From positions 24,326,534 to 24,390,533 of the forward strand of contig CM120644.1 of assembly GCA_051362555.1 (NCBI GenBank): DNA of 64,000 nucleotides, in the 5' to 3' direction. Made by a program: the position numbers and the translations under genes. The stretch comes from Lingula anatina. Taxonomy: Eukaryota; Animalia; Brachiopoda. The stretch's first letter is position 1. Each line of letters opens with the position of its first letter. Shown piece by piece: positions 1-13,348 of the stretch. The notes under the pieces are model-generated. The model searched no databases. It was given only the letters and a program-made list of their open reading frames with translations, and was not told the origin of the DNA.

Positions 1-412
1 GTGATAATATTTGTGATAAGAAGAAGAAAAGTGAAATACCTTGGTCCTGAATTCCCCAGTTGAGATATCTACATCAATCTGCTGCGTTTTATGGATTTAC
101 TCTTGAAGGAATATCTTCGTTCATTGAACTGAGGTGAAAACAAGGAAAAGATGTAAAACGAGTTTTAAAACAGTTTTTCCGAGCTATTTATTTATTAATT
201 TTTTTTTCATTTTGTCTAATTACCTTCGTTTAATTTAAGTCTAGTGTGATACAAATTAACGAGTTTTACAACAGTGGTGGAAATTCTACATTCTGCGTTC
301 AGTGATTATATCGGACTTTTTTTTACAAGTGTCACTATATTCAGGTGCATTTGATACATTTATACCGATACCCCCCCCCCCACCCAAACCACCACCAGCG
401 CACACACACAAA

Positions 413-465
<53 letters not shown>

Positions 466-645
466 ATTTCCAGAAATTGTTTGTTTTTTTATCGTTCAGA
501 GAATGGTGTTTATATTGTTGTATGCCATTATGACCCTCTGTCTGCAACCTCCAGTTAATTGAAGTCATTTAATAATGAAACAACGACGTTCATTTTTTTA
601 TTATAATTTTAGTTTCGACTGTGAATATAACACTAGTACTATTAA

Positions 646-809
646 CCCTTAAAGGCCCAAGACATGTTTTTCTTGCATGAAAATGTTAATACCTAGGTAA
701 TAGGGTTGTAATAAGCACATTTATCAATAAATGTTGAAAAAAAATATTTTGGGCAACACTGACCTAGTTTTTGGCTATGCTCCACCGGTGACCCAATGGG
801 CTTTAGAGG
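646..809. mobile_element. piggyBac-like MITE (also at 37079-37241)
   Basis: TTAA|CCCTTAAAGGCCC ... GGGCTTTAGAGG|TAAA: imperfect terminal inverted repeats with TTAA-like flanks. Confidence 0.5.
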
Positions 810-1634
810 TAAACAAATGACCAAGTTTCAAAAAATCAAAAACCTCTTTTTATTACAATAACAACATTAAAAAATAAATTCAAACATGGAAGTGTAGCTA
901 ACAACTTTATAAAACACTTCTGTGTGGTTTAAGACTATTGTATTTAGAATGAAAAGCCAGAATATTGAATTCATTATTTACCTTGATATGACAATACAGA
1001 CACATACAAACCCACTAGAAAATAGCATTAGCGCCTTCTTATGGAGGAAGACATATTTGAGTGAAGTGAAGGATAATGACCTAGTTTCTAATTGGTCAAC
1101 AAGGATAAACTATGACATAGGGGAATAGGAAATGGCAAAATGAAGTGGATTCATTTTTTGTGGTGTGGGTGGGGACGTCTGAAACTTGGGGGTCACGGGT
1201 GACCCACTATAATCTTTAGCCTAGAAAAGTGCTTACATTACATAAAGCGGCTTCCAGCCGCACTGATTCACGCTATTACGCTCACTCACGTGCTATCAAC
1301 CTTCACCTGCCCCCCTACCCCCTTTTCCTGTTTTCACACCTGAATACCGTGCACAATTCGTGTAGCTGCGAAGTGTACATTGGCATGCAACAGCACAAAT
1401 ATTTTCTTTTACAAGGGATAATGTCATTACATCTGTGTGCTTTTCTATCAGCAGCTCTATTTCAGTAAGTTACACAAGCTAGGTCACTGAGCAATGCGCC
1501 ACTGTAGTAACGGAAGTCTGCTAGGTGAATATGCGTAGACAAGTTAGGCTGCGGCATTGGAATATCATATTAGATCAATCGAAGAATAAAAACCCCACGA
1601 CTGCGCGACACTGAAATATTTTATGACGCAGCAC

Positions 1635-2529
1635 GTATGGGCGGCCAAAAGGGCAAAAATTCATGTCGTCGATTCAGTTATGTTTCGTCGATTCACTGCC
1701 TTCCCATCGATTCAGTTTCAAGTTTAAACGATCCTGTCATAAATTCAACATCTACTTTCGTCAATTCAATTGTCAAACATTTCTCATCTATGGTGCTGTT
1801 ACTATTTTCGTCGATCGTGTAACTAATCTCGTCGATCGTCAAATTTTTTTCGTCGATCGTGTAACTATTCTCGTCGATCGTCTAATCTCGTCGATCGTGT
1901 AACTATTCTCATCGATCGTCTCATCGATCGATCGCCAGAGGGCGCTGCGGTAGCAACACGTGCTTCTGTCTGTCAATCACGCGGTAATTTTTAACTCGGC
2001 CAGCCATGGTCAGAGTTATGCACAACTAGAAAATAATGTCCCTACAACCGAATATCTTTTAATTATTAACAACTAAAATTGAAATTGTTGAGAAAATGTT
2101 CTTATTTCACTAGCAATCATTTTGTTGTCTGCCATTTTGATAATCATGTGATAGGCCAATGTGCTACCGCAGCGCCCTCTGGCGATCGATCGATGAGACG
2201 ATCGACGAGAATAGACGATCGATGAGAATAGTTACACGATCGACGAGATTAGACGATCGATGAGAATAGTTACACGATCGACGAGATTAGTTGGACGATC
2301 GACGAGATTAGACGATCGACGAGAATAGTTACACGATCGACGAAAATAGTGACAGCATTGGTTTTAATACACCGTAGATGAGAAATGTTTGACAGTTGAA
2401 TTGACGAAAGTAGATGTTGAATTTATGACAGGATCTTTTAAACTTGAAACTGAATCGATGGGAAGGCAGTGAATCGACGAAACATAACTGAATCGACGAC
2501 ATGCTTTTTTGCCCTTTTGGCCGCCCATA
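1635..2529. mobile_element. Foldback/MITE with ~320-370 bp inverted arms and internal TCGATCG-rich subrepeats, copy A only
   Basis: TATGGGCGGCCAAAAGGGCAAAAA... mirrored by ...TTTTTGCCCTTTTGGCCGCCCATA. AGCAC is duplicated at 1630-1634 and 2530-2534. Copy B has the empty site GACGCAGCACCGCAGCTG (~38044). Confidence 0.9.
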
Positions 2530-2931
2530 AGCACCGCAGCTGTATTTATGTCAATAATATCACCTGACAACTATCGACGGGCGCCATTTTGTTCGCCTTA
2601 CCAGAGAAAAGTCTTTAGGAAAGTCATTTTAAAGACTAAATATAAAAAAAAAACATATCCTGGGAAAGTAAAAGATAAATCAAAATACTAGTGAGCGTGA
2701 ATTCACCGCACAAAGAAAATCACTGACATTGTTTGATCTGCTGAGTAGAGACGATCTTGCTTCGATGAAGACTTTTCAAGGATTAGGTGGGAAATCGACC
2801 GCTGAAATTTTTATGTTTTAGAGGTACAGTATGAGGCGTAAAAGATGATATTACAAGTCCACATTTCATAATATTCTTATTTCAAACTTCAATTTGAATA
2901 TCGCTAACGTATAACCATCAAATAAAAACTG

Positions 2932-3614
2932 GGGCCGGTTTCACAAAGCGGTAGTTAGTTAGCGATCGGTAGTTAGCCTCTCGCTAGTTAGAGTGCCGTT
3001 TCACGAAGCAGTCGCTAGTTCTCTCGCTCGTTATTTTCTCGTTGTTGCCTTGGATATTTAACGACTGGTCAGACCAGTCGCTAACTCTAGAGTTTCATCG
3101 TACACATGCGTAATGAGTGAAATAAAAAGGTTGCTTAGTTACCGTTGTCTGTCGTTTGTCTTTGTATCCAATATGGCGGCTACTTTTCTTGCTATCCGTA
3201 CCGTCAGACGGCAACGTAGACTACGACGTTTTCATGAAAGGCAGAATCTATAAGAATATACTCACGATGATGCAATTTACGAGAGGTTGCGTCTAGCTGT
3301 GACAAAAAGAGCGGCAAAAAGGTGGTGGAGATCCTTTACGACGACCTCAAAGCAGACGTTCTTATGCATTTCCAGCCACCAAAAATTGGAGAGTTAGTGC
3401 TTTCGTGACACTTTTACGCAAGAGTTCCACTTCCGGCAGACGGTTTCGAGATTACGGTGAGTAACGAGAGAACTAACGACCGAACTTTACGACTGAACTT
3501 AGCGATGAGTTACCGACTGCTGCGTGAAACACCCCTCAAAAATCGCTAAGTTTTCTCGTTAGCGAGGTAGTTCAGTAGTTAGTTGTTCTAACTACTGCTT
3601 TGTGAAACCGGCCC
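2932..3614 (+). mobile_element. PIF/Harbinger-derived non-autonomous element
   Basis: TIRs GGGCCGGTTTCACAAAGC / GCTTTGTGAAACCGGCCC with 3-bp CTG duplication. A decayed reading from 3173 (MAATFLAIRTVRRQRRLRRFHERQNL*EYTHDDAIYERLRL) resembles a Harbinger transposase N-terminus. Confidence 0.8.
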
Positions 3615-4529
3615 CTGAACTATAATTGCAATCACGGCATGTTCCCTGAAAGTCACTGATCAATGCTTGTGCGGAAACTATGCAATGCCATAGGGACCAT
3701 TCCCACAGATATTTGGATCGATCCATGTCCCCGGGGAATCTCACTAAATTGCTATTAACTTAATCCGCTTAAATATTTGTCGTAGAGGCTACACAGGCCG
3801 TGATTCCATGCAGTTTCGTATGATTTCGCACGGCCAACTCCTTCCACCGCACAGAAGGGATTTACGAGCACTATAAATTATGAGGACGTCGCATATTCTA
3901 TGTAACCTATAGGGTTTACCAGCCAAAATGGATATGCCTGGGGTGGGGAGATGTCTTCCACTCATGGATCATTACTCGAGCTCCCCCTGCTATGCTTTAT
4001 TCCGTCTTTAATTCAATTATTTAATCTTTATTTCCCAATGACTGGCCAAATTTTTGAAACGTATTTTAGAAGTCGGATAGTGGCATGACAATATCTTCAT
4101 GTTCAGGTAATATTACCTACCAGTACTTACAGCTAGCGTAACAGCAGTAATGTGATTAACCCCTAGCTGCTGCTTACCTGTTCCTAGGCCAATGTAGTGC
4201 TCTAAACATATGTTAATTGTACTGACAGTCAAAATGCAGCGGTCATTGTTTACCTGGGTTGATAATTGGAGATTCACACAGTACATGTAACAATTAACAC
4301 GTCTGATGTAATAATACCATTAAGAGTGTTTAAAGCCAGTGAAAGGAATAATGATGTATAATTACCGCTAGCTGCTGCTTACCTGTGTCAATTTCCTGGC
4401 TCTACTAATCTGTTTATTGTACTAACAGTCAAGATGCAGTGGTCACTTATATATATTCTTCTTTTTTTACCTGGGTTGGTCACTAGATATTCAGACAATA
4501 CAGGTTAAGTCTGCCAGGAGTAAAGTTTA

Positions 4530-5052
4530 ATGCCTAAAAGTTGTTGTGTTACAGGTTGTACTGCAAAGAAAGGCAAAGTGCCTAACGATATTAAGTTGTA
4601 CACATTTCCACCAGAACAAGGCCGTCGCAAAAGAATGGATGCATGTAATTAACCGCGCACAGAGAAGTAAGGATGGGAGTGTGGACAAGTACGAATGTTG
4701 GGCCCTGTAACTCGAAAGTATCGCGCATTGCGAATAGCGATATCACATAGAGGTTACAGTGTATTATAGGGGCGAGTATGGACGAGTTATGGAATCGAGA
4801 CGCTTGCGCTCGGTCGCAGAGCGCGATGTTTTCGAGTAACGATGTCCTGGGCTCCGTATCTCGCTATGTTGCGCACGTGCGCAAGTGTCTCGCAAGTGTC
4901 TCGATCCCATGACCCCGTATTTCAAAATGGAATCGAGACGCTTGCGCACGTGCGCAACATAGCGAACCTTTCGAGATACGGAGCCCTGGTCTCCAAGAAG
5001 TGTCCATACATACATCTGTGTGTGCTCACAGAATTTCTTGACTGGTAGCTGA
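4530..5052 (+). pseudogene. THAP (C2CH zinc finger) domain relic, frameshifted and split by a MITE
   Basis: MPKSCCVTGC...KLYTFPPEQGRRK, +1 shift, EWMHVINR...YEC, [MITE 4701-4985], WSPRSVHTYICVCSQNFLTG: THAP motif order with the final His replaced by Asn. Confidence 0.75.
4701..4985. mobile_element. Harbinger-like MITE inserted in THAP relic (also 42789-43073)
   Basis: TIRs GGCCCTGTAACTCGAAAG / CTTTCGAGATACGGAGCC with (T/C)TG flanks and internal palindromes TGCGCACGTGCGCA. Confidence 0.75.
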
Positions 5053-5588
5053 TGATTAAAAATAAAATGAGAAATGGGTTTTGCGGCAAAATAATGAATT
5101 ACTGTTATCACTTGCTTCCTGTTAGAACAGTTTTGAGTTAGGTCCTGATTATTGACGGCATCACCTAAATTTGCTGCGTGACAATTTTGAAGTAGTAGTT
5201 GACCTATTAAACTATGTTTCACTGTGTACACTTGATTGATAGCAGAAGTAGATTGTGGCAGTCAGTGAGTTGGGGAGGGGGGCGTTTTACCCACTTAGCT
5301 CGTTAAAATCAATCAGGTCCCGTGGTACAAGTATAAGGGATTTCAACCAAGCCAAAAATAAATGATAAAAAGTGTTCTGTTAGCAGCATTTTAGCTACAG
5401 CTGCCACATATCTCTTCCTTTACTCCTCTTTGAATATAGACATTTAAGCCTACACTGCTGAATCACATAGTCTGCAGTCCAACGGCGTATCTAAAGTACC
5501 GGTATGTGTAAATAATTACACTTAATTTACACATGCTTGTAAAACCGATGCAGTATATCATGAGCAAGGTAAAGAAGTATGCTTTTAG

Positions 5589-5803
5589 GGCGTATTCCCA
5601 GAGCTTTTAGATCGATCTATCCCCGTGGGGAATCTCACTAGATCACTATCAGATAATCCGGCTTAAATGTCCGTCCCGCCTACTACAAGCTATAAGGGGG
5701 TAATTAACTTTCGTGCCCTCTCGGCTGACAGCTATCTAGCGTGAAAACCGAGGGAGTTAGGTCGATCTAAATTAGATCGATCTAATCTCTGGTAATGCGG
5801 ACG
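5589..5803. mobile_element. Harbinger-type MITE (TAGATCGATCTA family), copy A only
   Basis: TAG duplicated at 5586-5588 and 5804-5806. Copy B empty site TTTTTAGTTACGA (~43701). Related copy at 34635-34849 and fragments near 3693, 9625, 39212 and 47530. Confidence 0.75.
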
Positions 5804-6551
5804 TAGTTACGAACAATGGGTTTAAAAAACGTTTATCAGCCGTGCACGCTCAAAGATCACCTCAAATTTTTGTTACAGGGCAGCGCCCATGTTATAATCG
5901 TAATAAAGAGCATTTGTGCGCAATCTCATTTTGCAGGTAAAGTCGAGGTAGATAACAGAGTAAAGTGAAAATCACTTGCTGCAATGGCAATGGTAGCTTA
6001 TATTAAGTGATAAAAGTAATCGTATTTGTAAATAAGGAGCTCTAGTTCCAGATAACTACGTGACACGAAACATATTTTTAGGACTCATAACGTCAGCACA
6101 TCACTTGACATTTGAGAGACGCCATTTGTTACTCCATTAGAGGGAAGTCTTAACACAGCTCAATGAATGTCATTTTGAAGACTTAAAATGTGGAAAAACC
6201 TGACAAAACGTCTTTGTGCAAGAACTCACTGAGCATGGAAACCCAATGACGCATTTTAGAGTGAAGAAGACTTCTTGGGTGAACTTTTTTGAAGAAATAC
6301 CAGTAAAAGATCGCCCAAATATTTATGTTTAAGAGGTACAGTTTGCTTCCTATGTTCTAATTTGTCACTTTTTTCCAGCTGTTTCAACCAATAATTAGAT
6401 TGAAAAGTAGATGCTTCCTCTCTCATCCCCCTCTCCCTCTCTCCTCTCTGTCTCTCTCATTCCTCATCTCCTCACTCCCCCGCCTCTCTCTCTCGATTTG
6501 TTAGAGGTATGGGTCCTAACCACTTTCACAAAGTCCCCTTCCCTTCTCTGT

Positions 6552-6555
<4 letters not shown>

Positions 6556-6626
<71 letters not shown>
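6556..6626. repeat. (AT)n microsatellite (others at ~30582-30650, 42486-42543, 63813-63843)
   Basis: Direct inspection. Confidence 0.95.
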
Positions 6627-6628
<2 letters not shown>

Positions 6629-9600
6629 AAGTGCCAAGAGTGGTATCTTTTTTTCTAATCTTTTCCATGTGTTTTATTTTTTTGAGATAAAAAAAGACAA
6701 AACTAATTAGACTTAAAGCTGACAAGTAGCCTAAACCTACATGAATAACAGTCCCTTACTTATATTGCATGCCCCATGTTAGGACAGCCTTGGTTTAGGT
6801 CCTGGTTATTGAAAACATCACCTGACTTTGCTGCGTGACAATTTTGGATTAATAGATAACTTATCAAACGATATGTCACATGTGTATAAGTGCACTGAGT
6901 GGGGGGGGGGGGGGGGGGGGGGGCTTGCACCCACTTCGCTCGTTAAAATCAGCCAGGTTCCGTCGTACATGTATATGAGATTTCAACCAAACCAAAAATA
7001 AATGTCAAAAAATGCTCTGATAGCAGCATTTTAGCTACAGCTCCCATATATCTCTTCCTTTCTTCCTCTTTGAATATTGACATTTAAGCCTACACTCCTG
7101 AATCATACAGTGTGCGGTCCAACAACGTATCTATAATTATCTGTAAGCAATTACGCGTAAAACCATATTTGTTAAACTGTTTATTTACTACAGCGTATCT
7201 TGCACAATCTAATGAAATATATATATTTAAGCAAAAAAAAAATTTTCATTATCTTTGTAGGTGGATCATAAAGAAAATTATCAGAGTCAAGCTGAAATAT
7301 TTTAGTTTACGGCCAACCTGGGTGAAGGCCTTCATCACACTGATAACATGTCATTATTTGAAATGAGAATCATTAACGTCATAAAAACTCTTCGTTTTTT
7401 GCCAAAAATGTTCCTGGAGTAAATGGCAATTTTCCCGTACTTACCAATGGTCAACGACCCTATTCCTGCATTCAAAGTTAGTCCAGTGTTTTTTTTTTTT
7501 CTAAACGTTTGGTATTTTGTTAAAATCTCTTAAGAGATTTTAACTGGCGAAGCCCTCTCTGACATTGCATAGTCACGCGATATCGAGCGAGGTTTTCTGA
7601 TGGACTACTTAAAAACGCGGGAAAAGCAGACAACAATAACACTATATAACAATAATGTAAGATTCACACGATATATTCGTCTTATTGCTCAAAATGCATT
7701 TATATCTACAATGTGTGCAGTTCTGGGCTTTTCTTTATCCGACAGTAGTAAGGAATCAACGCGACAGTTTCCATCGGTGGGTGGATTGTGGGTGTATTGT
7801 TTGTTGGTTGGTTGGTTTGTCTATCAATTAGTCCGCAGATCATCGTGCCCATTCTGAACTGCAATTTATTAAGATTAAAAAAATATCCATCTGTTTTTTC
7901 TGCACTTCTGTTAGTCTGCAATAGAGGTTATGTAGTAGATGTATTAAAATACCAAAATGTAAACGAGAGATAACTATACTGAAATGGTTTTCTTCGCATT
8001 TTAACAATATTGAGAAAATATGCAGAAAATGCAAAAAATGTCAAAAGAACACCTTTACATATCTAATTAGTTCAAAAATAAAACTGTTAACATGCCTGAG
8101 AATTAAATTTGAGGAAAAACACTTATATACAAAAAATATTTAGAAAATGTGACTAGCAAAGTTCTTCAAGCCAATGCAAGTTCAAAGTCTCATCTTGTAA
8201 ATGCTGTCTTTCAAACAAAGACATTATATGCAAAGTCTTGTGAAAGAATTCCCAAAATGTACTTTCAATATTTAACAGAAAAGATATATAGGTAACCTAC
8301 ATTTGAGGCCAGAATAAGTCAATAGTTTTAGGCAGATATTGCATAGTTTCCTTAAATCAAGATTCCATTGCCATTTTAATCATTATTTTGGAAATTGCTT
8401 CCTCAACTGCACGTTTCGCAGGCGGGGTTAATTTTTGTAGATCCGTTTCCGTTAAAACTTGTTCGATATAAAACCGACAAACTTGCAAACTCCTGTAAGG
8501 ATGAGATAATGCCAAAAGATACTAAAACATTTATCAATATATAAGAAATAAACTTCTCCTTGATAACACAAAGGACGGGATGGTGTTATTTGTTTGAAAG
8601 ACAGCAAGCGTTCACGTGACGCCACGATTAAGGTCACTAAAAGTGCTCGCATTTGTGTCACGTGCATGCTGAATATGTTGATACTGGTAACGTTTGCCGT
8701 ACTGGTAAGTCTCTCTCTCTCTCTGAGAGAGAGAGAAGAAGTAAGAAGTAAGAAAGTAGTAGTAAGAAGTGGACGCGAGACTTACAATCGGCCCGTGGAT
8801 TGTTTGTTTACATCAGTTTTTGGAGGGGTAGCTATTGCTAGTGTGCCGCCCTATATTTCACTTACTTACTCGGCGGGTCGCTGCGGGTTGTTCAGACGGC
8901 CTGGCTCGGTATCTATGGAAATAACATTGTCATCCATGCGCTGTTTGGTTTCTGTTTACAACAGTACCATGCCCTGCCCCGTCGGGTAGTTATCGTGACA
9001 AACTTTCTGCTAACAAAGGAGCCTAACCCTAGCTCGCTGAGATAAAGATCGAAGCTGAGCGTGGTCGCAATTAAGTGTTCGTCCAAGCGTTAATTGACCT
9101 TTAATGCGCGGTGGCTTCACTCTACTTTGATCACTCTACTCTGATACGGAGCTTTTAAGTAAAATAACTTGAAAACAGTGATTTTTAAAAGCCACTTTAT
9201 CAAAAAGATTCGGTGATGAAAGCAACTTTGTAGCTATGAATTGATTGAATTCACATAGATTTGAATAAATGAAGTTATGAATACATGAAAGATCAAATAA
9301 AACCCTACTCGTACTTGTACATGTAATATTTATTAGGCTTCAAACCGTCTTTGCTACATACATATTATAAACAGACTGAAATTTATTTTCATAGTAGGCC
9401 CTTATATTTCTATTAGCTTTGTTCATGGATGAAATGCATTTTTCCAAAAAAGACTTGTCAGTTGTTTGAGTACTAAACATTGTGTAGGCCTTATCTTTAA
9501 TATAATTTCAGTCTATATTTGCATATAGGATCTCTCCCATCTGCACCCGTAACATTTCTGTCCTTTTATATTCGTTCATCAACACTAAACAATATTCCCA

Positions 9601-11343
9601 TTAACTGAACGCAAAAGTCATACTTACTGTGGATCGATCTATCTCCAAATGGATGCTCGCTGAATTGCAGTCAAACGTATACAATATATCGTATCGGTAA
9701 AAAATATGTGTACATTTATACCATATACCAGTTGAATATTACACGCTAAATTTAGTGTTAAATTACAATAGACGAGTGAGACAATTACAGGGTAGGTAAA
9801 CGCATATAGTATTTATAGAAAATAAATAAGAAAGAGAAAGAGGTAGGTAAACGATTGCCAGCGGAATATGTTGACTGGCATAATCCCCCAGTCGACTAGG
9901 TTGGCACTCCTCTTTGGAGTACTTATGTAAACGGCCTGTCTCTTGTGGCGAATTGTCTATTTGATCACTAGATTTTAGTTTCACGAGTTAGCTGCACGTT
10001 GGACCAGTGTCAGTTGTTATTTCATTTAATTTGCTGTGTCGCGTGGTCAACAATTGAAGGAAATATTATAGCTAGTCAACATATCACTTTTCCTCTTTTT
10101 TATGTCAAAGATAACTTTTGTAAATGTTACGCATATAGTATTTATAGAAAATAGATAAGAAAGAGGAAGGAAACTTGGCAGAAAATCCAACAACTTACAA
10201 AGTAAAGTAAAGTAAAACTTCAGAAAGTAAAAGTAACAACAGAAGCATATATATATGACCCTAGGCCTATCAGAAAGTTACTTGGTCTAAAGAAGCATAT
10301 GCTTGGGTATATTTTTTAATCTTAAAAGCTAGTCTAATGTTGAGCCAGCCACAATGAACTTGTAAAGGGATAACAAACAGAATCCTACCCTCAATAAGGG
10401 GTACCGGAGGAGATCAACATTGGTCAGAACTGTGCCGGAAGGGTGATGCCAAGTGGTGTAAAACGCGAAGCTGTGTGGTCAGCTAAAAATTACAAGAACG
10501 CGTCTGGCATTTAATGGTATATTTCAAGATCTTCCCAAAAAGATAAGAGAATTCAGTTGAGCCGATCACAAAGCTGACAGGTAATTAAGACTAGCTCTGA
10601 GTTACTAATAATTGACATTATTATGCAATACTCAGTTGGAAAAGAGATTATGACAGGTAGATAAGATATAACATGACCAGTTTCTCAAGGCTATTGACTT
10701 CCAGCCTGAGGAAATTGATTGCCAGTCTATTTTGCTAGTGATTTTCAGCTCAGATAAGAGGCTGTCAGAATGTCACCTTTGCCTTGGCATTCGTCACTGA
10801 TTAGTGGCTACCCCGGTGTAAAAAGTGTATTAATGTGATCATATGTGTGGAATTTCATGTCAGATGGACATATATAAAGATCTAAATATTCGTCAAATAT
10901 TTAAAAATAGATACATCTTTGCACAGTACTGTAGTTGTGGATCGGTACGACTCACTTGTCAGTTACGAACTACTTCCTGGTTTTCACAAGGTCCCTCAAA
11001 GACCCTAAAACATCGTTATAATTGCAGCACATACCCAAAAACACCCAAAACTACTTAGATATGGACATATCAGATTATGTCGGTTGACAGGACGAAGTGT
11101 CGCTTTTTCTTCAAAACAATCGTTTGAACTCGCAGGCTATGAGCTAAATAAATAAAGGGTTTATTGCTCCTCGCTTTCACCCTCTACGGTTGAATCACCA
11201 ATGACTTTCCTAGCACTATATACCTGCCCTCTGATATCTGAGCCAAATTGAAATACGCACAAAATCACACTCTGTTTTTTTTTAATTATTTATCTATCTT
11301 CTTTTAGTTTAATTTTATTATTATTAATTTATTTTTAATTTTT

Positions 11344-11386
<43 letters not shown>

Positions 11387-11516
11387 TTATTTGTAACAGA
11401 CTAGTGCACCCTGTGGTCAGAAAATATCAATAAGCCATGATTAAGGAAAGTGATTGCAGTAATCTTTTTCAACACTGGCCGTGTTCACAAAAGGCTGTTA
11501 ATGTCACAGAGAGAAA

Positions 11517-11620
<104 letters not shown>

Positions 11621-13348
11621 AAGAGGGAGAGAGAGATGGAGGAAGAGATTGAAAACTTACTTCTTCAACAGTGGTTATGGTATACAGAATACACAGCCTT
11701 AGGCTAAACGAAATGTAGATCTGTATCTTTCACTTTGATGCTGTATACTTGACCTCTTGCTTCAACAGTTGTTACGGTTTACAGATTACACACCCTTTTA
11801 TTTATCTAATTACTTATTTATTTTAGTCAAAGTTTGATTTAAAGGCAGATAAATAACGCACCATATGGTTTTCTGCACCGCTTATTTCGTTGAATTATTT
11901 AGGAATAAAAAAACAGTGTTTTAGCGGTAAATGGTCTCCTTTGTCTTCATGGAAATGTGAGATTTTACAGTTTATGCTCTCCTTGAGCGATTGTAGGTAC
12001 CAATAAACAGATAAAATGCGCTGTAATTACCTATTTGGATGTTTATTATTATTATTATTATTTTTTTTTGTTATAAAATCAAGGAGGAGAAAAAATACGG
12101 CTTATTTAATGTAAATCTTAAAACGGATGGAATAGATAACAAACCCGATGTTCGTATTGCCAGCATGGAGCGAGGTTATTATAAATAAAAAAAAAAAAAA
12201 AAACAATACTTCCACTTCCAGCCCTGTTTAGCAAGTCAAAAAAAAAAAAAAAAAGGATCATAGACATATCGTTGACAAAGATGCCCGATGTTTGATAACG
12301 GTATTTAAACTGGTATTTACAAATAATAGTACCGGCTAGAGTATCGTACGTCTACATTAATGGAGATATATGTAAGGAGCGACGATTGTAATACCGATAG
12401 ACAAATTTCATTTTTCAAATATATTTCATATATGGTTAATGAGCACACCAAGAAAATTCTATGGTAAGTAGGACTTGGAATTTAAAAAAACTTTTTTTCA
12501 AATGGGTATGTCAAATTCAAAGTGAACGTGATTTGAAAGTATAATAGTAACATCAAGCATTTCCCTGCGGTTAATTGCATAATTTTTCCGCATAAACACA
12601 CCAATAGACATACCCAATACATTTTTTCATTTGAAAAAAAAAAAAAAAACGTAATAGGGCGCGCCAAATTATCACATTTATGTGGCTTATTTTCAGTATG
12701 ATTTACTTCTATGAGAAACAATGTCAATAGTATGACAATTACATGGGGGTGGGGGTGGAGGTAACGATGCCGAGAGTAAATTAAACATGCAGAAAGGCAA
12801 CAATGTGGGGAGTAAGGGCGCGAGTATAGCAGTAATTTTACAAGGGGTGCGGTGATCTATTGGTATAGGGTATCGATGCGCATGATGCAAAAATTACTTA
12901 GGGGGTACTAGTATTGGTGCCGGGGAGTACTGACATGACCACGTTCTGACAAGTCGTCAGGTGGTATTCTGTACTTATATACGAACTTGAAAGGGTTGGT
13001 ATGAAATTAAATTTTGTAACACATTCGAAAACAAAACCCATTTTGTCGAGAAAAAAATCTAACAAATGTATGTCATTTGTTTAGTTGTTATCGTTTGATT
13101 CAGGAAGAATAATTACCTACATTCGAGGGACAAAGTGAGTCGCATAATAATCCGTTTTAATGACTATTATCTGGTGCCATTATTTACTTGCTTAAATGAT
13201 TCATTCAATACTTGTTGCATTTAGCTCATTTTCAATAAATACCCATGAGGTTAAGAATATTCATGAGTAATGAATTGACTGACCCAAAACCTGCATTTTA
13301 TATTACATTTCAGATAATGCAGAGAAGCGTTTCAAAGTGACTGGTGCC

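Noticed and set aside
302-568. ORFs with poly-N/poly-I/YIYI/ERER runs (also 6411-6725, 11437-11652, 30476-30878, 36676-37002, 46422-46839)
   Set aside because: Translations of microsatellites, not genes.
1805-2345. Regularly spaced TCGTCGATCG repeats resembling a CRISPR array
   Set aside because: No unique spacers; they are subterminal repeats of a foldback transposon in eukaryotic DNA.
3730-3745. NF-kB-like GGGGAATCTC and IRF-like GAAAGTAAAAGT (~10225) sites
   Set aside because: Imperfect short matches, the first inside a MITE; not supportable without functional data.
4764-5231. 155-aa minus-strand ORF (and 42852-43322)
   Set aside because: Spans a palindromic MITE and flanking DNA, starts at a non-ATG codon and has no recognisable domain.
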